From assembly GCF_000150275.1 (NCBI RefSeq), contig NW_002061026.1, positions 34,114 to 41,417 on the forward strand: a stretch of 7,304 nucleotides of DNA. Reading direction: 5' to 3'. This document shows, in pieces, positions 1 to 7,304 of the stretch (its first letter is position 1; each line of letters opens with the position of its first letter). This stretch comes from Trichoplax adhaerens. Lineage: Eukaryota; Animalia; Placozoa. A program made the translations under genes and the position numbers. Under the pieces are notes generated by a model. The model did not search any database. It was not told where the DNA came from and was given only the letters and a program-made list of their open reading frames with translations.

Positions 1-620
1 TGATAGTTCCTAGTCTTTATAATATCGAATTACTCTTTAGCCATATGAGCTTAGATAAGCTCTTTGTGATGTCTTTCCAAATAGATATGGTGCCGATTCT
101 ATAAAGTTACTTTACAAATTGATACGATTCCTGAGAATGTGCTCATACAGTACTCTATATGAATACTGGAATTATTCATAAATAAAGTTTAGTCAAGCTA
201 AATTACTAATGATGGTTCCTAGTCTTTATGGAATCGCTTAAATTACTCTTAGTTGTATGTACTTAATAAGGCCTTTTTCGTGTCTTTCCAAATAGACATA
301 TTATCGATTCTATAAGCTACATCACGAATCGATAAGATTTCTCGAAATGCACTTATATAGTACTGTATATAAATACTGGAAAATATTCACAATTAAGTTT
401 AGTCAAGCTAATGACTAACGATGATTCCTGGTCTTCATGACATCACTTAAATTACTTTCCATACAGTCATTGATCTACTATAATGATCATGTAAAACTTT
501 ATCCAATTTTAGTCATCGTTTTGCAGACTCTAACCTAATAAAGCATTTCATAACATCGCATATCCATACTAGGATATTCTTGTGAAATATTCTTAATTTC
601 GTTTCGGTCAATATCTAATT
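1..620. repeat. Degenerate tandem repeat, ~210 bp unit (units ~1-209, ~210-419, and a more diverged third unit ~420-620)
   Basis: Anchor TGATRGTTCCTAGTCTTTAT occurs at 1 and 210, with the variant CGATGATTCCTGGTCTTCATG at 419. TGTCTTTCCAAATAGA, CGATTCTATAA, AATACTGGAA and AAGTTTAGTCAAGCTAA are shared by units 1 and 2. 584-620 (GAAATATTCTTAATTTCGTTTCGGTCAATATCTAAT) resembles the end of unit 2. The array may continue left of the window. Confidence 0.9.
34..375 (-). pseudogene. Two tandem-duplicated decayed exons (165->34, 132 nt; 375->247, 129 nt) separated by an 81-nt GT-AG intron
   Basis: On the minus strand each unit has a TTCCAG| acceptor preceded by branch-like GACTAAAC, and a |GTAATT donor. 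Introns are 246-166 and 455-376. The unit 2 exon reads IYIQYYISAFREILSIRDVAYRIDNMSIWKDTKKALLSTYN*. Unit 1 needs a frameshift (..VT/YRIGTISIWKDITKSL). Confidence 0.4.
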
Positions 621-1472
621 CAATTGCCAATTTTTTTCCTGTCTGCACTAATACTTCGATAAATTTTTTTTTATAAAAGTTGATGTATGTACTGTATAGT
701 GCAGAAAGTGAAAGGTGAGCTGTTTAAACTGTACAATTAAGGGAAAATTAACTATATTAGACGGATACAAGGAGCTGCTATACGAGGTGATATTAGTACT
801 TATTTTCATGCCATGGATAAATTTTTTATCAGTTTTGCGTAATATTTAAATCATCAATATTAAAAAAATCGACGATGTATGTTTTAAAAGTAACCGCTCA
901 TAACTTTACTGGTAACTGCGTGCGTATTTAATTTATTAGCAGCAGCTGATGATCATGCACTCATCTAACAATTTGCATTAGTAAGATAGTTAAGAGCAAG
1001 CTGCAAAAGTTAAGTATAATCATCGCTAGTTGCAGTAGATGATGTCTGCTCGACTTGTTTCTCTATCCAATGAACAGTAATAGCATAGTTATTATAAAAA
1101 TGATCGATATAACTATAGCGACATTTTGCATTACAAATAGCATCCAATAAACTGTGCAGAACATTCGGTCTTCGCTATGACACGTCTTAACTTGTTAGAT
1201 GCTTGTATAGTATCACATCAGTATATTAATGATATAATCCTTATAGATAAACAAGCTTAAAAAGTATTTGGTATTAATCTGTTTTTGCATTACATAATTA
1301 TGAAGACTCTTAGCATTTGTAGTAAGCTTAGTAAGCTATCAGTAATTGATACTTGTTGAAACTTTATCGTACTAAATCAAAACTTAATGCAATACTGTAA
1401 GATAACTACATCAATTTTTACGTTAAGTAATACACGGATTGATTTCATACGGAGTATAGTAGAAATGCTATT
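316..1472 (+). repeat. Copy A of a ~1.16 kb near-identical direct duplication
   Basis: Matches 6149-7304 at a constant offset of 5833. The only difference I found by eye is GATTTCAT (1441-1448) versus GATTCAT in copy B. Confidence 0.97.
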
Positions 1473-1600
1473 TAGTTATTATAACTTAAGATCGAATTTA
1501 TAACTTATAAAATGCTACCATAAAAGCATAACCTAAATTTTGATAAATTACTGCTCCAACTGAACTATAAACGAGATCAAACCAATCACTCTATGCTTAC

Positions 1601-1702
1601 CAGCTTCCGGTACTACCCTTTGCTCTTTTTCTTGCTGTTGATCTGTTGAAATGTTTTTGTGTTTCTCGGGCATAGTTTGTGATGAGCCTTCTGATTGTTG
1701 AT
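1601..1702 (-). CDS. Candidate internal exon (102 nt, phase 1-1) encoding a hydrophilic, disordered linker (DQQSEGSSQTMPEKHKNISTDQQQEKEQRVVPEA)
   Basis: This is the central part of the listed ORF 1548-1805. There is a strong donor G|GTAAGC at 1600 and a tandem acceptor AAG/CAG at 1706/1703. Composition is Q/E/K/S-rich with an internal DQQ repeat, and the flanks are AT-rich and intron-like. The acceptor is weak. Confidence 0.4.
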
Positions 1703-2096
1703 CTGCTTCATAAGCAGGTTTTAGCATATATACAAAATGTATTAAAATTAGAAAGGTACCTGGTTTAAACAACAATTTATCTATTATGCTTCTAGGCAGG
1801 TGCAACAGTAAAAAGTACGACTAGTTTCTCTATAAAACTATGTTTTCTACAGGTAATTAAAATTGATTCAATATCTGTGAAAGGAAGCTTTGGCAAAAAT
1901 GACAGTGGATAAATTATTGCGAAATATATGATGTGAGGAAGTAACTGTAACTATACTGTATTCGCCTTGTAAGTGTTCAATATTTCTATGATATACCGCT
2001 TGTGTTTACTTAATTATGAGCAATAATGCTACCTAGAAGTTTTTTTTTTCCTCGTAAATCATCCAGTCTTTAACAGATTTGCTTCTTACACTTATT

Positions 2097-2153
2097 AAAC
2101 AAATATAAGATTCTTATATTTATACTTATATATAAATTTCTTATATTTTGTTT
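2097..2153. repeat. Nested AT-rich palindrome / inverted repeat
   Basis: Perfect AAATATAAGA-T-TCTTATATTT at 2101-2121. A second right arm TCTTATATTTTGTTT (2139-2153) pairs with AAACAAATATAAGA (2097-2110) with a 1-nt bulge. Confidence 0.8.
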
Positions 2154-2334
2154 GAGCGAAATATATACTGTATATTATAGGCTACATCGACTATCTAAAG
2201 GAAAGAAATAAGGTTGGATTTTGAATAGCAATAGTAAATAACCAATGATTCCATCGTCCATTTTATTGTATAGATTGTTAAAGGTAGTGATTCATGCATG
2301 AATGATATGATATGTAGATATCCTAGTTACTTAC

Positions 2335-2381
2335 GCCTTCTATTGCAAGTATTTTGAAGTTTTCAAACTGACGTATACTGT
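2335..2381 (-). CDS. Candidate 47-nt exon, (Y)SIRQFENFKILAIEG
   Basis: Acceptor TTCTCATCTTGCTTAG| and consensus donor |GTAAGT. The frame is open, and its phase-1 start matches the phase-1 end of the upstream 2636-2958 exon. Confidence 0.45.
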
Positions 2382-2635
2382 CTAAGCAAGATGAGAACTA
2401 TCGTCTACTACTGTCTAGTGTCTAGTAGCTATCGATGACGATCTGCTTTGTACAAATTAGGCTGCCTCATTTTGAACATAATATAAGTGTTGGCTTCAAT
2501 AGATATTTGTACAGGCCCAGTCGGTCCAATGCCCTAGCTTTACTGATGCCCAGTCGATAGAAAATGTATAAAGTAGGTGTATTTGTCGACTATTTATTCA
2601 ACGATGTGGTTCATCCAGCAAATTATGCAACTTAC

Positions 2636-2958
2636 AAATTATGATGGAGGGACGATTATAAGTCAGTAAAGCTAGTCAGTGAGTATTTTCTTCTAGGTCA
2701 ATCTTCGTCAGCAAGGCGCATAGCCCACCCAAGACTTTGTGATCAAATCGAGTATCTCATTCTTGCTTCTCTATCTTGTCCTTGCAAAATATCCACTCGT
2801 CTATTGTACTAGTCAATTATAGTTTAGTAATTCCTTGTGCTTTTGGTCATCCCCTTGGGAAGTTGACGATTTGTAATAAGTTAAAACTGGCAATACTTAT
2901 TCTACTTTAATACCTTGAGTAATGTCCATCAAGTCATTGTAATTTAGGGTAGAGTCTG
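2636..2958 (-). pseudogene. Decayed ~107-codon phase 1-1 exon, possibly a Death-fold helical domain
   Basis: NAGNAG acceptor TTTTTGATAG|CAG| and donor T|GTAAGT at 2635. The reconstruction is DSTLNYNDLMDITQGIKVE*VLPVLTYYKSSTSQGDDQKHKELLNYN*LVQ/(I)DEWIFCKDKIEKQE*DTRFDHKVLGGLCALLTKIDLEENTH*LALLTYNRPSIII, with 4 stops and one 1-nt deletion near 2803. The 320 nt from the CAG acceptor plus 1 nt gives a multiple of 3. The fold call is pattern recognition only. Confidence 0.45.
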
Positions 2959-3431
2959 CTATCAAAAATTTTGTAGCATGCTTATACTGTATGCTTATAT
3001 ATATATGTTATATAACAGATATTTGTCTACAGTTCTACAAAACCTTTCATAATAATAACTACATTCTATCGAAAATGGCAACTAGATATGCAGGTACTCG
3101 TGTTTATCTTTACAATTGATTATGAACTTTAGCAAGTTGGCGAAATTTGGATGATAGCTAATAAGGAAAAACGGACTGTATAAGTGGCAGCAATTGATTT
3201 ATTAAAGATCTTGAGTAACGTTAATTGAAGCGACTACAAAATGAAATTACGTAATGATTTTAATCAAAACTTGGCCGTACTTGAGCAATTCCATTTTCAA
3301 ACCAGTTATTAACTCATCACTATTTTTCAGCATGAAAGTCAACATGGTACAAAGTGTGAAACGATTGACTAGTGCTAGTAAACACCAGAAATGATGACCG
3401 TGCAGGGATAATCCAGGATATTGTCCAGGGA

Positions 3432-3686
3432 TAACACCCAGCAATATCTATAAAACACACAGATTAACAAGTATAAGAGAAATTCAGTTCACAACCCAAA
3501 ATGTCAACTATAGGTCTAATGGCGATAAAGGGACGATTATATTATTGCAATAATGTTAGGGTTTGCGTTTAAAATGATATCGATTAAGATTGCTTTAACT
3601 GGTTGAAAGACTTACCTGCTAAGCAAGATGACAATGCTAACACCCAACAATATCTGTCAAAAGCACAGATTAATAAGTATAAGAGA
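3432..3686 (+). repeat. 49-bp imperfect direct repeat (3432-3480, 3638-3686), spacing 206 bp, probable coding remnant
   Basis: TAACACCCAGCAATATCTATAAAACACACAGATTAACAAGTATAAGAGA versus TAACACCCAACAATATCTGTCAAAAGCACAGATTAATAAGTATAAGAGA: 6 mismatches, no gaps. Confidence 0.9.
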
Positions 3687-4187
3687 GAAATCTGTAGTAT
3701 GGAAAAAGAAAGTGAGAAAAAAAGATGTTCACTGGTTGACTGCCATTTCACGTGTAGAAGGCAGTAGAAGAAGAGGAAGACCAAGTAGAGAGTCGGCGCT
3801 GCAAGCTACTGTGCAAAATAGCTTGTCACCCTATAGAAGTAGGAATGGAGTCTACAGCGGACAATATTATAAGCAAGATATCAACCGAGTAACCTCACTT
3901 GGACTAAGAAAGTATCGCACAGGCACGCTGCTTACTGCATGCTCGCCATCAACTTTTCTTGGCTCTAATTGAAATCACTAATTTACTTTGTAAACTGTGG
4001 ATAGCAAGGTGAGAAAGAGAATGAAAGCAGGCAATCTCGCCTTTGGGGTCGGGAAAAAGTGGAAGACAACATGGACAACAAGGTAAGACGATTTTCTGTT
4101 GGCAATATCCCTTCCAGTCATGATCGCCTTTGCTAGCAGACTATTTTATCTTCTCATGTTATTTTGACCAAGAACTTGCTGAGATTG

Positions 4188-5054
4188 TTTCTCTTTCAAG
4201 TCCGTCTTTTACTGCAATTTGCAATAAACATTGAACTAGCTGCACAATTGCATTGATTGCAATACTAATAATTTTGTTTTGATTTATTTTTGGGTATTGG
4301 TTAAACTGACTTTTGGGGGTTTGCTTCATGATCGACTGCAATTTCGCAAAACATTTTCTTTATCCCTATTTTTATTTTCTCATCCTATTTTACCTTCATC
4401 TTAATCCTAAATCTTTTTACAAATGTTTTCGTTTTCTCTTCAAATCTCTCTTTCACTACCATTTATAATTGGAATTGAACCAACTACACCATTGCATTCT
4501 CCCCATGGACGAATATGCAATGGTGTTTTGCTTTATTTATTTCTGGGTATTGGTTTTACTGACATTAGGGGTATACTTTAACCATCTGTACAGAGCACAC
4601 ATCTATCATCTTCATGGATAGAAGTGACGTTAATTTAGTTTATTAAGAGCTGAAGAGATCGCCATCTACAGTATTACAAGACTGTCATCAATATTTGCTT
4701 TAGACTAGATGGGATGCTTAATGATAGATAGGCTGCAATTTTGCAATCCATTTTCTCCATCCCTATGTTGATCTTTATGTTCTCCTCCTATTTTACCAAT
4801 GTTTTGTTACAGATGTTTTTCATTTTCTCTTTCAAGTCCCTCTTTGACTACGATTTGTAATAGACATTAAACTAACTCAGCAATTGCATTGACCATAGAC
4901 GAGACATAGACTACACTACTTTTAATCATGCTTTGCTATATTTATATTTGGGTATTGGTTTTACTGACATTGGGGGTATACTTTATCCATTTGTACAGTA
5001 TACACATCAATCATCTTGATTGATTATGGAAGCAATATTAACTTAGTTGATTGA
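4188..5054 (-). repeat. Three-copy degenerate tandem repeat of decayed coding sequence (full unit ~400 bp, one junction shortened by ~150 bp)
   Basis: TGGGTATTGGTTWWACTGAC occurs at 4291, 4544 and 4949. TTTCTCTT(T)CAA occurs at 4188, 4433 and 4824. CTGCAATTT..CATTTTCT..ATCCCTAT occurs at ~4336 and ~4733. Minus-strand translations are NAIVQLVQCLLQIAVKDGLERE / NAMV*LVQFQL*MVVKERFE / NAIAELV*CLLQIVVKEGLERE. Confidence 0.9.
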
Positions 5055-5115
5055 CACTCTCGTTAAATTGCACTGAGTACAAGATACAAGATTAGCTTTA
5101 CATTTCACGCAAATA

Positions 5116-5409
5116 TTATTCCTTTTTCATTGGATTTACTAAGCAGTAATCCTTTCTACTCCTGATGATGAGTTGAGAGTGTTGAAGATTCCATTGCATA
5201 TCCCATATCCGGAAGTGAGGGAATGGTAGAGTGATTTGTAGCTGTAGTGTTTGGGGGTTATAAATATTCAAACTAGATCGATTTTCATATAGGATTAACT
5301 GCTTGTCCGACCATAGATTTTCATGGTTGAAGAATTGTGTGAGAGGATTGAAGTATTTGATATTGTCTTTGTATCTTTTCATGCGTAAATATCCTCTGTG
5401 GTTGAGTAT
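5116..5409 (-). CDS. Intact probable terminal exon (97 aa + stop) encoding a beta-propeller/WD40-like segment
   Basis: ORF 5116-5382 extends upstream in frame (ILNHRGYLR-MKRYKD..) to a CCTATAG| acceptor at 5410. The segment QLILYENRSSLNIYNPQTLQLQITLPFPHFRIWDMQWNLQHSQLIIRSRKDYCLVNP has the alternating short beta-strand/turn pattern of propeller blades. Upstream exons were not confidently found. Confidence 0.6.
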   Translation of the reverse strand: MLNHRGYLRMKRYKDNIKYFNPLTQFFNHENLWSDKQLILYENRSSLNIYNPQTLQLQITLPFPHFRIWDMQWNLQHSQLIIRSRKDYCLVNPMKKE

Positions 5410-5538
5410 CTATAGGCATTGAATTTTAGGTCTCAACATGGCCTACTAGTAAAAAATCTTGATTTTTATTATTTAATTAGCTCATACTGCTGAACTCACA
5501 CACTAGCTACTGTCACAATTGGTTATCATGACTTATAC

Positions 5539-5908
5539 AGTAGTTCCATGGCTTCAACTCTTAATCAAGACTATTTGATTAATTTTTGCTAACTTTAGTC
5601 TTCAGGAAATGACATGAAGCCAGTAAAGCAAATTTAAAATCAGATGGTAAGGTCAATTATTATTAATGGATGTGAAAATCGTGCCTTGCTAGCTACCTCT
5701 AACTTACAGTATAAGTTTGATATCTTGTTAATGTTAGTAGTTCCGTGGATTCAATTCCTGATCAAAACTGCTAGCAAATCTTGGCTAACATAGTTGTCAA
5801 GAAAATTTAGTGAAGTTGGTATACCAAACTTGAAGGAAGATGGAAAGATTAACTAGTTTGAATGGATATGAAAATCCTGCCTTGAATACGATCTTTAGCT
5901 TATGGCAT
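5539..5908. repeat. Two-copy degenerate tandem repeat, ~197 bp unit
   Basis: AGTAGTTCCRTGGMTTCAA occurs at 5539 and 5736. AATGGATRTGAAAATCSTGCCTTG occurs at 5665 and 5861. The TTKGCTAAC and AGATGG anchors are in register. Confidence 0.88.
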
Positions 5909-6098
5909 TGCCTTAGCGATGTTGTAAGAGTATTGGTCTACATTTTTTTCTTTTGACAACAATTATTCCTACACAAAGATTAAATCTTTAAAAAGAAATA
6001 ATCACTCTCATAGCACATTTATTCTTAGCCTTTGAATGACTTTTCTATACCCTTTGAAACTTTCAATTTGAATTATTTTTTCTTATAACTAATCACTA

Positions 6099-6148
6099 NN
6101 NNNNNNNNNNNNNNNNNNNNNNNNNNNNNNNNNNNNNNNNNNNNNNNN
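6099..6148. other. Scaffold gap (50 N, likely placeholder length)
   Basis: Run of exactly 50 N. Confidence 0.99.
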
Positions 6149-7304
6149 GCTACATCACGAATCGATAAGATTTCTCGAAATGCACTTATATAGTACTGTA
6201 TATAAATACTGGAAAATATTCACAATTAAGTTTAGTCAAGCTAATGACTAACGATGATTCCTGGTCTTCATGACATCACTTAAATTACTTTCCATACAGT
6301 CATTGATCTACTATAATGATCATGTAAAACTTTATCCAATTTTAGTCATCGTTTTGCAGACTCTAACCTAATAAAGCATTTCATAACATCGCATATCCAT
6401 ACTAGGATATTCTTGTGAAATATTCTTAATTTCGTTTCGGTCAATATCTAATTCAATTGCCAATTTTTTTCCTGTCTGCACTAATACTTCGATAAATTTT
6501 TTTTTATAAAAGTTGATGTATGTACTGTATAGTGCAGAAAGTGAAAGGTGAGCTGTTTAAACTGTACAATTAAGGGAAAATTAACTATATTAGACGGATA
6601 CAAGGAGCTGCTATACGAGGTGATATTAGTACTTATTTTCATGCCATGGATAAATTTTTTATCAGTTTTGCGTAATATTTAAATCATCAATATTAAAAAA
6701 ATCGACGATGTATGTTTTAAAAGTAACCGCTCATAACTTTACTGGTAACTGCGTGCGTATTTAATTTATTAGCAGCAGCTGATGATCATGCACTCATCTA
6801 ACAATTTGCATTAGTAAGATAGTTAAGAGCAAGCTGCAAAAGTTAAGTATAATCATCGCTAGTTGCAGTAGATGATGTCTGCTCGACTTGTTTCTCTATC
6901 CAATGAACAGTAATAGCATAGTTATTATAAAAATGATCGATATAACTATAGCGACATTTTGCATTACAAATAGCATCCAATAAACTGTGCAGAACATTCG
7001 GTCTTCGCTATGACACGTCTTAACTTGTTAGATGCTTGTATAGTATCACATCAGTATATTAATGATATAATCCTTATAGATAAACAAGCTTAAAAAGTAT
7101 TTGGTATTAATCTGTTTTTGCATTACATAATTATGAAGACTCTTAGCATTTGTAGTAAGCTTAGTAAGCTATCAGTAATTGATACTTGTTGAAACTTTAT
7201 CGTACTAAATCAAAACTTAATGCAATACTGTAAGATAACTACATCAATTTTTACGTTAAGTAATACACGGATTGATTCATACGGAGTATAGTAGAAATGC
7301 TATT
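6149..7304 (+). repeat. Copy B of the 316-1472 duplication, starting exactly at the gap and running off the window
   Basis: Identical by eye to 316-1472 except for one missing T near 7277. Confidence 0.97.

Noticed and set aside
521-540. GCAGACTCTAACCTAA resembles the reverse complement of ~2944-2959 (possible terminal inverted repeats)
   Set aside because: Only ~16 bp with a mismatch, no extension, no target-site duplication and no transposase between them.
1548-1805. 85-aa ORF as a standalone gene
   Set aside because: It does not start at ATG, and its N- and C-terminal parts translate intron-like AT-rich DNA. Only 1601-1702 looks exonic.
1853-1968. Plus-strand AG..GT-bounded segment containing GSFG (kinase P-loop-like)
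   Set aside because: Two in-frame stops, and no VAxK, HRD or DFG motifs nearby. Splice-like sites are frequent by chance in AT-rich DNA.
2514-2560. GC-richer patch with GCCCAGTCG twice, superficially like a tRNA 5' end or a collagen GPxGP exon
   Set aside because: No T-arm (GTTCRA), no cloverleaf, and an immediate stop in the GPVGP frame.
3247-3444. 65-aa minus ORF
   Set aside because: No ATG start, no recognisable motif and no clear splice boundaries. Its length is within chance expectation.
3584-3972. Overlapping ORFs 3584-3784 (-) and 3628-3972 (+)
   Set aside because: The minus ORF is the F/L/S-rich shadow of a purine-rich strand. The plus ORF is R/S-rich without a domain, and repeat divergence favours a different frame.
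4159-4341. 60-aa ORF as a functional gene
   Set aside because: It spans a deletion junction of a decayed three-copy repeat whose sister copies have stops and frameshifts.
1-5908. CRISPR array, prokaryotic defence locus or rDNA spacer interpretation of the repeats
   Set aside because: The units are ~200-400 bp and degenerate along their whole length, with no constant repeat/unique spacer pattern. No cas, RT or other long ORFs and no rRNA sequence are present.
1-6098. Ciliate-type genetic code making the whole region coding
   Set aside because: Reading TAA/TAG as Gln still leaves TGA stops and frameshifts between repeat copies. The intact 5116-5409 exon uses CAA/CAG for Gln and has no internal TAA/TAG.

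Overview
AT-rich (roughly one third GC by eye) eukaryotic genomic DNA, not prokaryotic. There are no long ORFs, operons, rRNA/tRNA, CRISPR array or transposase, but there are many GT-AG-bounded, exon-sized coding remnants. The short introns, retained CpG and TACWGTA enrichment give the impression of a compact invertebrate genome, possibly placozoan-like; this cannot be verified here. The window reads as a graveyard of decayed, tandemly duplicated exon modules. It holds four unrelated degenerate repeat families with spacings of about 197-210 bp (one with 253/405 bp), a broken minus-strand exon with a possible Death-fold signature (2636-2958) followed by a phase-compatible small exon, and one intact minus-strand exon encoding a beta-propeller/WD40-like segment (5116-5409). 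A 50-N scaffold gap (6099-6148) is followed by a near-perfect copy of 316-1472, which is either an assembly artefact or a very recent duplication. I cannot support a complete gene model or a clearly new biological system. The best leads are the exon-module decay pattern, the shared ~200 bp spacing and the TACWGTA motif.
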